A DNA stretch of 64,000 nt from IMG/VR virus record IMGVR_UViG_3300038393_000909, positions 34,229 through 98,228 of that record; one strand, given 5' to 3'. Every line of letters begins with the position of its first letter. The first letter of the stretch is position 1. This document shows positions 38,213-47,221 of the stretch, piece by piece. Source of the stretch: a virus. The translations under genes and the position numbers were made by a program. The notes beneath the pieces are model-generated. The model made no database searches and was not told where the DNA came from. It saw nothing but the letters and a program-made list of their open reading frames with translations.

Positions 38213-38717
38213 CGCCGCTCTTCCCCATCACGTAGCTGTTGACCATCTTCATGATGATCTTCTTGTTCTGCTCGGAGATCCCCATGAAGGGACGAGCGGG
38301 AATGGACTTGCCCTTGATCCGGCCGCCGGTCCGACCGACGCCGTACTGCATGTACGGGGCGTAGTTCTTGGAGGCGCCGTAGCGGGTCGTGTTGGCCGTG
38401 ACCTCGGTGGTCGAGTCCGTCGTCCACTTGACGTAGATCGAGTTGGCCAGCGTGCCCCAGTGGAACAGGATGTCCTGCGGGTGAACGCCGTCGCGGGCCT
38501 TGATCTCTTCCGTCGCCTGGGTGAGCGGTGCCCACGGTACGCCGTCCGGATCGAGCTTGGTCTTGTTGATCCGCATCTGAGTCGAGCGGACCATGTACTG
38601 ACCGATGCGAGCCATCAGCTCGCGCTTGTTCTTCAGGCGGCCCAGGATATCGGCGAGACCTTCCTCGGTCTTGGCGAGCCCCTTGAGGTCGACCTCGACG
38701 CGAACGGCACCGGCCAC
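38196..38717 (-). CDS. virion morphogenesis protein (Mu gpG-like)
   Basis: PDG.PW.PL, GTL..SI, YA...QYG, IPARPFMGIS. Confidence 0.88.
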   Translation of the reverse strand: MAGAVRVEVDLKGLAKTEEGLADILGRLKNKRELMARIGQYMVRSTQMRINKTKLDPDGVPWAPLTQATEEIKARDGVHPQDILFHWGTLANSIYVKWTTDSTTEVTANTTRYGASKNYAPYMQYGVGRTGGRIKGKSIPARPFMGISEQNKKIIMKMVNSYVMGKSGDEQDR

Positions 38718-38719
38718 GA

Positions 38720-39157
38720 TCAGCTCCTGTAGGAGGAGACGGAACGGCCGAGGCGCTTCTCGTCGTTGGTGGTGGTCGTGGTCGATCCGCCCGAGCCGCC
38801 AGAGCCGCTGCCCGTGTTCTGCACGAGGGCGATCAGGCCCTTCCCGATCTTGTCGAGGAAGCAGAGGGCGTCGTCGTAGCGAACCCGCATCTCATCGGTG
38901 CGCTCGGTACGGCCTAAGGCGATCGAGTAGATCGCGATATCGATGGCGCAGCGGCGCAGGAGGCCGGGCACCGGGCTGAGCGGAAGGGTTGCGACCGCAC
39001 CGACATAGCCGTCGATGATGTCGTCCGCAGCAGCGAGGCCGGCGTCCACGATCTCCTGGTCGGGCACACCGTCCTTATCCTTGTCAGCAATGCGAATCAG
39101 AAGGTTCGCGCCGTACAGGTTATCGATGTCCGCCTGAGTAGCGTAGTAGCCAGCCAT
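38720..39157 (-). CDS. head-tail adaptor (Mu gp36/DUF1320-like)
   Basis: YAT..D....YG, IDGY, LPL..VP..L.....DIA.Y, RY.DA..FL..I..G. Confidence 0.85.
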   Translation of the reverse strand: MAGYYATQADIDNLYGANLLIRIADKDKDGVPDQEIVDAGLAAADDIIDGYVGAVATLPLSPVPGLLRRCAIDIAIYSIALGRTERTDEMRVRYDDALCFLDKIGKGLIALVQNTGSGSGGSGGSTTTTTNDEKRLGRSVSSYRS

Positions 39158-39162
39158 GAGGA

Positions 39163-39486
39163 TTACTTAGCCTTCTCGGCGGCGGGCTTCGCGTCAGCCT
39201 TCGGTGCGTCGGCCTTGGGCGCCTCAGCCTTAACCTCAGCCTTGGGAGCGGGCTTTGCTTCGATGGCCTTGGCGGCGGGCTCGGCAGCCTTCTTCTCTGC
39301 GACAGGCGCAGCAGGCGCGGGAGCAGGAGCCTCGACCGGCTTGTCGTGGATGGAGCCGCCTTCCATCTTGGCGATCAGGGCCGCACGCTCGGCGCGAAGG
39401 GCTGCCATCTGGGCGTTCTTGGCCATGCGGGCCTTGCCAGCAGCCGCGCGCTTGCGCCAGCCCTGGGTCTCGATCTGCTGGTCCAT
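39163..39486 (-). CDS. Ala/Lys/Pro-rich protein
   Basis: Start MDQQ after AGGA; follows capsid gene. Confidence 0.55.
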   Translation of the reverse strand: MDQQIETQGWRKRAAAGKARMAKNAQMAALRAERAALIAKMEGGSIHDKPVEAPAPAPAAPVAEKKAAEPAAKAIEAKPAPKAEVKAEAPKADAPKADAKPAAEKAK

Positions 39487-39585
39487 GGTGGTCCTAATTG
39501 AATTCGTATCGTTCTTCGCGATGAAGGCGTCGTGTGCTGTATACTCAATGTAACAACACACGACGCCAAGTATCACATAAGCAAC

Positions 39586-40563
39586 TTACGCGAGCTTATG
39601 CTTAAAGGTAACTAGTTTAATGTTTTTCGGCTGATAGACGCGCTGCCAGTTGCCGGCGGTGGCCAACTCGGCGTTCGAGGCGGTCTCGAGGGCCGGCGAA
39701 CCGATCCACTTGATGCCGCGCGGGTGCAGGAGGAACATGCGACGCTGCACGATGTACTCGAAGCCGCCGCCGGACAGCGGGTCGCGCCACGCCTCGATCG
39801 GGTTCTTCGGGGCCTTCTCGGCGTAGCCGATGGCACCCGGAGCGAACAGGTACGTGGTGAAGTTGGTGCCGTCGTTGGGCATACGGTCGTCGACGATGAC
39901 GCGCTTGCCCATGTAGGTCGGGATCGGACGGCCCTGCTCGGACACCGCCACGAACGTGATCAGGTCCTGCTTCTGCATCAGCGCGTAGGTCTTGCTGTGC
40001 ACGACGACAGCGGCCAGATCCGACTCGTGGTCGCCCAGGCGGAACTTCGCGTCGATGAAGCTTTCACCATCGAACACCGCGGCAGCGCCGGTCGCGCCCG
40101 TGATGTCGAGGGTGTTGACGGGGGTGCCCTCAGCGGCGAGAGCGCCGGTCGCGCCAGCCACGACGGCGAGCAGCACGTCCTGGAGGTCGCGGTTCCAGAA
40201 CTCGGCGAAGCGGCTCACGATGACGGTCATCGGGTCCGAGCCGGCGAGGTCGGCCGCGAGGTCCGAACCACCGTAGACCTTGGCGCGGATCAGCTTGGCC
40301 GCGACGTCCTGCGACGTGGTGACCTTGTTGACCGACAGGTTGACGGAGTCGGAGACGATCTCCGAGCTGCCGTAGAGGTCCGACCAGAACGGCATGTGGA
40401 CGGAGGCGCCGTTGAGGGCGTCGCCCAGCATGGCGCTCATGTCGGCCACGATGCCCGACTGCCAGAAGTTGTTGAGGGCGGTCGAGTTCTCGACGATGTA
40501 CTGATGCCAGAAATCGGGCTGAATGATATCAGCCGCGCGAACGGGGGTTACAGTCTGGGCCAT
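39586..40563 (-). CDS. major capsid protein
   Basis: DII.P.F, F.QSGI, MPFW.DL, DLA..LAGSDPM, HP.G..W. Confidence 0.88.
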   Translation of the reverse strand: MAQTVTPVRAADIIQPDFWHQYIVENSTALNNFWQSGIVADMSAMLGDALNGASVHMPFWSDLYGSSEIVSDSVNLSVNKVTTSQDVAAKLIRAKVYGGSDLAADLAGSDPMTVIVSRFAEFWNRDLQDVLLAVVAGATGALAAEGTPVNTLDITGATGAAAVFDGESFIDAKFRLGDHESDLAAVVVHSKTYALMQKQDLITFVAVSEQGRPIPTYMGKRVIVDDRMPNDGTNFTTYLFAPGAIGYAEKAPKNPIEAWRDPLSGGGFEYIVQRRMFLLHPRGIKWIGSPALETASNAELATAGNWQRVYQPKNIKLVTFKHKLA

Positions 40564-40597
40564 AGGTTCTCACGAAGTGTTGTAGATCTGCGCGGCT

Positions 40598-40617
40598 GAT
40601 TCGAATTAATTCGAACT
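40598..40617. promoter_or_regulatory. 20-bp palindromic site
   Basis: GATTCGAATTAATTCGAACT before capsid gene. Confidence 0.75.
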
Positions 40618-41496
40618 TCAGAGCGCAGCGGCGGCGGCCCGCAGGCGCGCAGCCTTGGCTGGGTCATTGCGGAGCAGGAGGCTCTGCTGGGTGAGGTTCC
40701 AGGTGGGACCTTTGGCGAACGGGTTAGGTTCGGCCTTGCCGGCACCACCAGGAGCATTCGGCTGGGATCCCATGCCGATGCCGGGCTTGCTGTCGGCCTG
40801 GAAGAACGAAGGCCGGGTCTCGCGCATCTCGGTGAGCAGGTCCTCCACCGTCATCGGGACGCCGTTGAGGACGTCCTTGAAACGCTGCTGACCATTCGCA
40901 TCGACGACCTGGACGACCAGACGTCCGTCGACTTCCTTGGTCTTAATGGACTGCCGGGCCAGTAGCTCGACTGCATCCCGCAGATCGGCGACCGGGTTGA
41001 GCTTGGCGAGGTGCGTGGAGATCGCGTTGTCGACGAGGAGAGACTGGATCTGCTGCGTCTTCGCTTGGAGAGCCGCTTCCGCAGCGGTCAGCTTGGTGGT
41101 GGCGTCCGTGCGGATCGCCTCCATGTCGGCTTCGTACTTCTCCTTGAGCGTCTTGCTCTTGGCCTTGTACTTCTCGTCGGCGAGCTTCTCGGCCTCCTTC
41201 TCGGGGTCGAGCGTGGTGATCGTCTCCAGGCGACGCAGGGCGTCACGGGCGGCGTTCGGATCGAGACCCTCGTAGGCGGAGAACCGCGTCTCGTATTCCT
41301 TGGCCTTCTGTTCTAGCTCGGCCTTGAGGTTGCGCTCGGTGACGAGAGCAGTCTTCAGTCCGGCGACGTTCTCGAGAGCGAAGCCCTCAGAGGCCGCGAC
41401 GTCGAGGACATACTTGCCGTTCTGTTCGACGTAGAACGAGCGAAGACCTTCGTCGACCGCGTTGATGTCGGCGACGACAGCATTAAGTTTCGGCAT
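40618..41496 (-). CDS. capsid scaffolding protein
   Basis: Y.E..GKYVLDV, GLK.AL..ER, coiled coil, NPF...WNLTQQ..L...DP..A. Confidence 0.8.
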   Translation of the reverse strand: MPKLNAVVADINAVDEGLRSFYVEQNGKYVLDVAASEGFALENVAGLKTALVTERNLKAELEQKAKEYETRFSAYEGLDPNAARDALRRLETITTLDPEKEAEKLADEKYKAKSKTLKEKYEADMEAIRTDATTKLTAAEAALQAKTQQIQSLLVDNAISTHLAKLNPVADLRDAVELLARQSIKTKEVDGRLVVQVVDANGQQRFKDVLNGVPMTVEDLLTEMRETRPSFFQADSKPGIGMGSQPNAPGGAGKAEPNPFAKGPTWNLTQQSLLLRNDPAKAARLRAAAAAL

Positions 41497-41643
41497 TGGA
41501 GTTCAAACCATCCCGGTTTGGTATTGGGCATCCCGCCCAGTTGGATGACGACCTTGGGCATCCCGCTCAGAGGTCGGTGCTGGCTCATGCCAGCGGTTGC
41601 GCGTGGCTCTCAGGCGCACGCAGCAAGGGTTGACGCGAACGAT

Positions 41644-41663
41644 GGTTCGCTTTAATTCGAATG
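41644..41663. promoter_or_regulatory. 20-bp palindromic site
   Basis: GGTTCGCTTTAATTCGAATG; TTGACG at 41630. Confidence 0.65.
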
Positions 41664-41866
41664 GGTAGCCCGTCGGGTCCCACGGCTCAGCGCGCTGAGT
41701 CGCTCTTACCCGGAAGGATAGAGGCGGCGGGCTGCATTAGGTCCGACGGCGGCACGGGTGTGGCGTGCTCTTGGATATCCCCGTGCGTCTTACCCTTTCA
41801 GTGCGCAGCTGGGGCCGTCGGTATTCGCGCTCGAGCGGGAAGGAGGCACACCCGCGAGCGCGAACA
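41664..41866 (+). ncRNA. candidate structured antisense small RNA
   Basis: Three stem-closed domains with G-U pairs favouring + strand; TTGACG-N17-TAATTC upstream. Confidence 0.45.
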
Positions 41867-41867
41867 G

Positions 41868-42107
41868 TTAGAGGATCGGCTTACCGTCCTCGTCAAACGT
41901 GAAGAACCCGAGCGGCTCAGGAGCGGCCCGGTAGGAGATCATGTCACCGTCAGGATCTAGGATCCCGGTCTGGACCCAGCCAGGCTCTTCCTCATAGATC
42001 GTCAAGTCCGGGACGTGGACGGTGTTGCCGTCATCGTCGGAGATGTAGTTCAATCGTGTCGCATGCGAGGGCCGCGCAGGACCCTTTGCGTAAATCCTGC
42101 GGGGCAT
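41868..42107 (-). CDS. hypothetical protein
   Basis: TGILDPDG..I....PLGF pattern. Confidence 0.6.
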   Translation of the reverse strand: MPRRIYAKGPARPSHATRLNYISDDDGNTVHVPDLTIYEEEPGWVQTGILDPDGDMISYRAAPEPLGFFTFDEDGKPIL

Positions 42108-42132
42108 GGCGTAAGCCTGCTGTTATGACGTG

Positions 42133-42339
42133 CTAGAACTTATTGGCTGCGTCCAGCTCGACGAGACGAATCAGAGCGGTGCGGATCTTCTCGACCTCTG
42201 CGTCCCACTTCTTATCAAGCTTGAACATGTAGCCATCAGGTCGATCGATGCCCTGCTCCCTGAGAGCAACGACGATCGCTTCGACGAACTTACCAGCCAG
42301 TGGTTCGGCATGGCCCATCTCGGGCCCCATGCAGACCAT
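42133..42339 (-). CDS. hypothetical protein
   Basis: Packed ORF. Confidence 0.45.
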   Translation of the reverse strand: MVCMGPEMGHAEPLAGKFVEAIVVALREQGIDRPDGYMFKLDKKWDAEVEKIRTALIRLVELDAANKF

Positions 42340-42341
42340 GG

Positions 42342-42611
42342 TCAGCTCGCCTTCTTGAACAGCTTAGCGAACTCGTCGGCGTCGTAGAACGCGACCTGCT
42401 CCCGGTCGTCGTACACGATGTAGTCGCCGGGATTGCACGAGGACGAACCGGTGACGTGCCTGAGGGAGAGACCACCCAGAGCATTGATCGTCACAGTGCC
42501 TGACTGCATCAGCTTGACCAGCCAGGGAGGCGGAGGCTCATCGGCCTGTGTGCCATAGGCCGGAATCTTCCACGCATAGGCGGCGTAGGGAACGCGATGG
42601 TAGAGCTGCAT
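42342..42611 (-). CDS. hypothetical protein (PGDYI motif family)
   Basis: PGDYIV.....F...F; SD GAGG. Confidence 0.6.
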   Translation of the reverse strand: MQLYHRVPYAAYAWKIPAYGTQADEPPPPWLVKLMQSGTVTINALGGLSLRHVTGSSSCNPGDYIVYDDREQVAFYDADEFAKLFKKAS

Positions 42612-42619
42612 GACTGACC

Positions 42620-42850
42620 TCAAGCGTGGGCGCCGATGCAAAGGATGCGGCCATCAGGCAGTTCATGCTCGGACACTTCGCAGCATCCGAATAGCGAGCC
42701 CGATTCCATCCAGAGCGGCACGCTGTCCTTGTATTTAGCAGGCAGCACCGCGAGCCAGTCCTCATCGCCACCGTGCGGCGAGAGGGCGCGAAGCTCCTCT
42801 GGAGCGTCGTAGAACGCCCAGACGAGGATGAAATCATTGACCTTTGACAT
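42620..42850 (-). CDS. hypothetical protein
   Basis: SD GGAG; F.DAPEEL..LS.HGGDEDWLA. Confidence 0.6.
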   Translation of the reverse strand: MSKVNDFILVWAFYDAPEELRALSPHGGDEDWLAVLPAKYKDSVPLWMESGSLFGCCEVSEHELPDGRILCIGAHA

Positions 42851-42858
42851 GACCACTC

Positions 42859-42878
42859 CGTTTGCATTAATGCTAACG
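42859..42878. promoter_or_regulatory. 20-bp palindromic site
   Basis: CGTTTGCATTAATGCTAACG. Confidence 0.75.
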
Positions 42879-42899
42879 AAGTGGTACACGAGACTCACC

Positions 42900-43100
42900 C
42901 TACGGGCAAGGCTCCTCAACCTTGATCCACCCGTAGCCGGGCTCCAGGCTGTCGTGTATGCATCGGCAGGATGGGCACGAGTGAAACGAGTAGCCGCCAT
43001 CATAGCTATTGCCGATGGGCAGCTCTTCCTCGTAGGTCATCTCTGCCTCGGTGCAGATGTGCCCACAGGCCTCACAACGATACCGCTGACCCTCGGCCAT
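42900..43100 (-). CDS. small zinc-finger protein
   Basis: CEAC...CPSC. Confidence 0.5.
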   Translation of the reverse strand: MAEGQRYRCEACGHICTEAEMTYEEELPIGNSYDGGYSFHSCPSCRCIHDSLEPGYGWIKVEEPCP

Positions 43101-43362
43101 TCGTAGCCTCGCACTTCGGTGTCTTGCGCTTGGTGGCAGCCCGCTTCTTCACCGGGAACTTCTCCCTGTGACAGACCGGGCAGCCCCACCACTCCTCGCC
43201 GACCAGCTCGCCGAACACGATCGCCGCGCGGGGCATCATGCGGACGAGCGCCTCGACGAAGCGACCGGTCTCCCGGTAGCACTCCTCGCAATGGTAGTCG
43301 GTGACGGCGAGTTTAAGCTGAACCATGGCTGGCCAATGTGGCGCAGCTCCGGTCCGTGTCAA
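43072..43362 (-). CDS. small zinc-finger protein
   Basis: CEEC...CPVC; overlaps portal stop. Confidence 0.5.
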   Translation of the reverse strand: MTRTGAAPHWPAMVQLKLAVTDYHCEECYRETGRFVEALVRMMPRAAIVFGELVGEEWWGCPVCHREKFPVKKRAATKRKTPKCEATNGRGSAVSL

Positions 43363-45014
43363 GCCTGATTGGCCGGACGGTCCCCACCGATATCGCGTGA
43401 CGCCTTGGAGAACGGCACGACTTCGGTCGGATCCTCGTTCGGCGGTTGCTCGACGAGCTTGCCGCTCGTGATCTTACCGGCCACGCGGGTCAGCTCGGCG
43501 TCGATGTCGAACTCGGCGTCCAGGAGATCGAGGCGCTTCAGTTCGCGCAGCGCGCCCTCACGGGACAGTACGCCGTAGGAGGCTGCCATCAGAACCGAGT
43601 TGACGTTCTTGGCCCGCTCGTCGGTGCCCGAGAAGTCGTAGTTCAGGTCGACCTTGACGTCCGAGTAGTCCCGGCCGACGTAGTCGCCCATGAAGACGAT
43701 CGCCTGCTTGAGCGCCGCCTGACAGCTGATCGCCAGATCGTGGATCACCGAGTTGACCCGGTTCTCCTGGAGCGAGTGCTCGTTCTGGGAGATGTACTGG
43801 CGGTGGGTGCCGACGGTCGGGTTCAGCGACAGCATGTCCATCTGCAGCTCGAGGGCCTCGATGTCCTTCTGGCCGGCTTCGATCGCCTTGCCCTGGGGCT
43901 CGACGTAGTACCAGCGGCCCTGCGGATCGGGCGAGGTCAGGATCTTCCAGGGGCCGATCTCGAACCCTTGCCCGTCGGGACCATCGTCGTCGAGGTTGAT
44001 CCCTGAGGCGGCCAGCATCGCGAAGCGACCGGCCGAGAGGATGTTGCGCTGGTCCGAGCTGGACTGCCAGTGCTCGATCTGCTTGTAGGCCAGATCCTCG
44101 AAGATCGGCCGGGCCAGACCGGGGCACTCCTCATCACCCGCCACCATGGTGACAAGCGGGACCTGCCTGAGATCGACACGGGTCTCGGAGACCAGGGTCC
44201 AGGCGCCGCCGGCTGACGGGACCTGGAGGTATTTCAACTGGAAGGGCCGGGTCGTGTAGATCGAGCCGCCGTTGCCGAGCGTCGCCGCGTTGATCGAGGA
44301 ACCAGCCACGGTGAGGCGCTGGCGTTCCCATACCTGCACGACCTCACGCTCGATGACGTAGACGCGGTCGTAAGTGATCTCGCGGAACGTGGCCGGGTCG
44401 TAGGCCGAGCGGGTCGTGGCGATGCGGGCGTGGACCACCCTGGTCTCGCCGTCGATCTGCTCCTCGTAGAAGGCCAGGAGGTCGTCGGTCTTCACGAGCC
44501 GCATGAATGGGCGAACACCCATGGCGCGCTGCATGCCGAGCGAGGCGACCGTGTCGGTCATCGTCGAGTCGACGAGGATGTGACCCATCGAGGTCAGCAC
44601 GGCCTCGTTGAAGAACTTGTGGCCGACGATGTGGATGTGGTGCTTGCGCATGTCCGCATCCCACATCCAGTCCTGCAGCTGGTCGTCGCCGCCCTCGACC
44701 GTGACGAGGTTGCGGAACGGCTTGGCCGAGGCGCTGTCGACGGCGCTACGGAGCTTGTTCAGGCAGAAGGTGGAGCGCAGGCGCTCGACGTAGCGCGTGT
44801 CGGTCTCACGCGGGTACTGCGGCAGGAACAGGCGGTCCATCTGCCGCATGGTCTCGGTGCCGCCGTAGCAGGCGCGCATCAGCTCGATGCGGGGCAGCAT
44901 GAGGCCGGACGCCTCGGAGCGCAGCATCGGGTTGGCGGAGACGCTGGTCGCGACGTCCTTGGTATCGGCCGGCGTAGGGGTGAGCCCCTGTGTCAGGTGT
45001 TCGGCAGCAGCCAT
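43359..45014 (-). CDS. portal protein (DUF4055 type)
   Basis: GGTETMR....LP....E...Y..RL, L....I.HWQSSSD; downstream of TerL. Confidence 0.85.
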   Translation of the reverse strand: MAAAEHLTQGLTPTPADTKDVATSVSANPMLRSEASGLMLPRIELMRACYGGTETMRQMDRLFLPQYPRETDTRYVERLRSTFCLNKLRSAVDSASAKPFRNLVTVEGGDDQLQDWMWDADMRKHHIHIVGHKFFNEAVLTSMGHILVDSTMTDTVASLGMQRAMGVRPFMRLVKTDDLLAFYEEQIDGETRVVHARIATTRSAYDPATFREITYDRVYVIEREVVQVWERQRLTVAGSSINAATLGNGGSIYTTRPFQLKYLQVPSAGGAWTLVSETRVDLRQVPLVTMVAGDEECPGLARPIFEDLAYKQIEHWQSSSDQRNILSAGRFAMLAASGINLDDDGPDGQGFEIGPWKILTSPDPQGRWYYVEPQGKAIEAGQKDIEALELQMDMLSLNPTVGTHRQYISQNEHSLQENRVNSVIHDLAISCQAALKQAIVFMGDYVGRDYSDVKVDLNYDFSGTDERAKNVNSVLMAASYGVLSREGALRELKRLDLLDAEFDIDAELTRVAGKITSGKLVEQPPNEDPTEVVPFSKASRDIGGDRPANQA

Positions 45015-45047
45015 GAAAGATCCTCACGGCCGGCGCTGCATACCAAT

Positions 45048-45746
45048 CTAGGGGCGACGCGCTTCGTGCCGGGTTAATTTACCGCGGCTACGCCACTGAA
45101 GGCGGATGCCGCACGATCTTGAGCACGTCCTTATCTTCGGATAGCCCATGAACTCGGAGCCGCAGATCTCGCAGATCTTTGGAATACGCTGTCGTCCTTC
45201 CCGCCTGCGAGTCCTGGCCGCACAAACGTTAGAGCAGAAGCGAGCGCCATCCTTGTGACGGCTGCTCAGCTTCTTCGACTCGAATGACTTCCCACACTCG
45301 TGACACTGGAACGTGCGCGGCTTCTGATCTGCAAAGATCTTCAGTCCATGTTCTCTGTGCCAAGCAATACCCTCAGCGCTCGCATGCCACTCCTTAGTCA
45401 GTGGACGGATACGATCGAGGTTCTGGATAACAGCGGGAGACTTGCTCCATGTACCAAGCTCGCCATGGCGACGGCGATGCTCATCGACAGTGATGCACTC
45501 GAGGTTATCGATATCATTGTTGAGTGTGTCTTCATCCGCATGATGGACCTCGTGTCCATCAGGGATTGGACCGTGAGCATCCTTCCAGATCTCCCGGTGC
45601 AACGACTCAACGCCACGCTTACGATCGGCAATGCCGGGCGTATAATACCGACGGTGAGCTACCTGCTTCGCGTTCGGGTAGCGTCTGAACTTGATCCCCT
45701 TGTAGACGATGACATCTACATCGGGCTTCGTTTGCATCTGATCCAT
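45048..45746 (-). CDS. HNH endonuclease with zinc ribbons
   Basis: LHR..W....GPIP.G.EVHH.D....NN...NLE; CxxC and FCS..C repeats; lower GC. Confidence 0.88.
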   Translation of the reverse strand: MDQMQTKPDVDVIVYKGIKFRRYPNAKQVAHRRYYTPGIADRKRGVESLHREIWKDAHGPIPDGHEVHHADEDTLNNDIDNLECITVDEHRRRHGELGTWSKSPAVIQNLDRIRPLTKEWHASAEGIAWHREHGLKIFADQKPRTFQCHECGKSFESKKLSSRHKDGARFCSNVCAARTRRREGRQRIPKICEICGSEFMGYPKIRTCSRSCGIRLQWRSRGKLTRHEARRP

Positions 45747-45767
45747 GGTTAGCAGCTAATGCAAACG
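45747..45767. promoter_or_regulatory. palindromic site with 1-nt insertion
   Basis: GGTTAGCAGCTAATGCAAACG; TTGACG at 45781-45776 on minus strand. Confidence 0.6.
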
Positions 45768-45788
45768 CATGGATGCGTCAAGTGATGC

Positions 45789-47207
45789 TTACCAGTCTAT
45801 GACGTGCGCCTTCTTGGAGCCGAGCAGCGCTGCGAAGGCGTCGCTGAGTGCGTCCACCTGATCATCGTGCTGCCCGAGAGGGAACGTCGCCAGCTCGGCG
45901 AGCAGGTCCTCGACCCAGCGCTCGGACGATGAGCCGACGATCTTGACGTTGCGGGCTTCGCACTGAGCGGCGAAGGCAGAGGCGCGAACCTCCTTCGAAC
46001 CGGTCGGGCGAACCGCCTTGATGTTGTAACCAGCCAGTGATCGGATGAACGCTTCGGACTGCGCCACACCGGCCTGACCGGGATCCTTCGGGATCGTGAT
46101 CCGGGTATTGCGCCCGTCAGACTCGGCAGTCTCCGTCACCAGGGACTGGACCTGCAGCGGCGTCAGCTTACCCCGCTCGATGGCCTCGATGTAGAAGACG
46201 CCGTCTTTGTCCTTCGACATCAGGGCGCCGACAGTCGGGTCGCCTTTGAGCGTGGATCCGAAGTCCCAGGCGCGAACCTTGGTGCGCTTGGCCGGGACCA
46301 TGGACGGCTCGATGAAGTTGTTCTCGAACCACGCCGGCTTGAACATGCCGCCCGACAGGTTCATGGGGCGCTGCTGGTAGAGCGCGCTCCAGGTTCGGTC
46401 GGGGACGTTGGCGCGGATGCGCTCGAGTTCCTTCAGGGTACGGCGTCCTGGAGCCAGTGGCTCACCGATCTCGCGCCCTAATGGGTCGTCCTTGTCCTCG
46501 CAGATCGCGGGGAGCTTCAGGACCTTCCACTGGTCACCGCCCTTCTCCTGGGCGCGCAGCAGGCGCCCTCCGAGATCGTCGTGGTGCCAGCGGGTCTGGA
46601 TGAGGATGACCCGCCCTCCCCGCTCGAGGCGGGTGTAGATGACGTCCATGTACCAGTCCCACACCAGCTGGCGCCGGGACGGTGAATCGGCTTCCTCACG
46701 GTCCTTGAACGGATCGTCGATGAGGATCAGGTGGCCGCCCTTGCCGGTGGCGCCCGAGCCGACGCCGACCGCGAAATACTCCTGGCCGTTGTCGAGCATC
46801 CACCGATCGGCGGCGCGAGACTCAGGGCTCATCACCGCGTGCGGGAAGAGCTGGGCGTACTCGGTCGAGCGAATGATGTCGCGGGTGAATCGCGAGGACC
46901 GGGTGGCCTGCTCGGCGTTGTAGGACGCGCCGATGACGTTGGTCTCGGGGTTGCGAGCCATGAACCACGCCGGGAACGAGATCGACGACAGCTGCGTCTT
47001 CCCGTGCCGGGGCGGCGTGAAGATCATCAGCCGGTCGGTTTCGCCGGTCGAGACCTGCTCCAACTCTTTAGCGAGCAGGCAGTGAAATGGATCTGCAACG
47101 TAATTCGATTTTGTATACTGAGCAAAATGAACTAGGCTATCGCGAGCACGACGCCGTCGCAGGATCTCTGCTGCCGCCTCCTCGGGAGAGACAGAGAGTT
47201 CCCTCAT
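45789..47207 (-). CDS. terL: terminase large subunit
   Basis: PPRHGKT Walker A, LIDDP Walker B, QTRWH.DDL, WD, FP...HDDQVDA. Confidence 0.93.
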   Translation of the reverse strand: MRELSVSPEEAAAEILRRRRARDSLVHFAQYTKSNYVADPFHCLLAKELEQVSTGETDRLMIFTPPRHGKTQLSSISFPAWFMARNPETNVIGASYNAEQATRSSRFTRDIIRSTEYAQLFPHAVMSPESRAADRWMLDNGQEYFAVGVGSGATGKGGHLILIDDPFKDREEADSPSRRQLVWDWYMDVIYTRLERGGRVILIQTRWHHDDLGGRLLRAQEKGGDQWKVLKLPAICEDKDDPLGREIGEPLAPGRRTLKELERIRANVPDRTWSALYQQRPMNLSGGMFKPAWFENNFIEPSMVPAKRTKVRAWDFGSTLKGDPTVGALMSKDKDGVFYIEAIERGKLTPLQVQSLVTETAESDGRNTRITIPKDPGQAGVAQSEAFIRSLAGYNIKAVRPTGSKEVRASAFAAQCEARNVKIVGSSSERWVEDLLAELATFPLGQHDDQVDALSDAFAALLGSKKAHVIDW

Positions 47208-47221
47208 GGTAAAATCCTAAG

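Noticed and set aside
41664-41760. HDV-like ribozyme
   Set aside because: UCCCACG and CUAAU-like words occur, but on opposite strands, and no P1/P1.1 pairing could be built.
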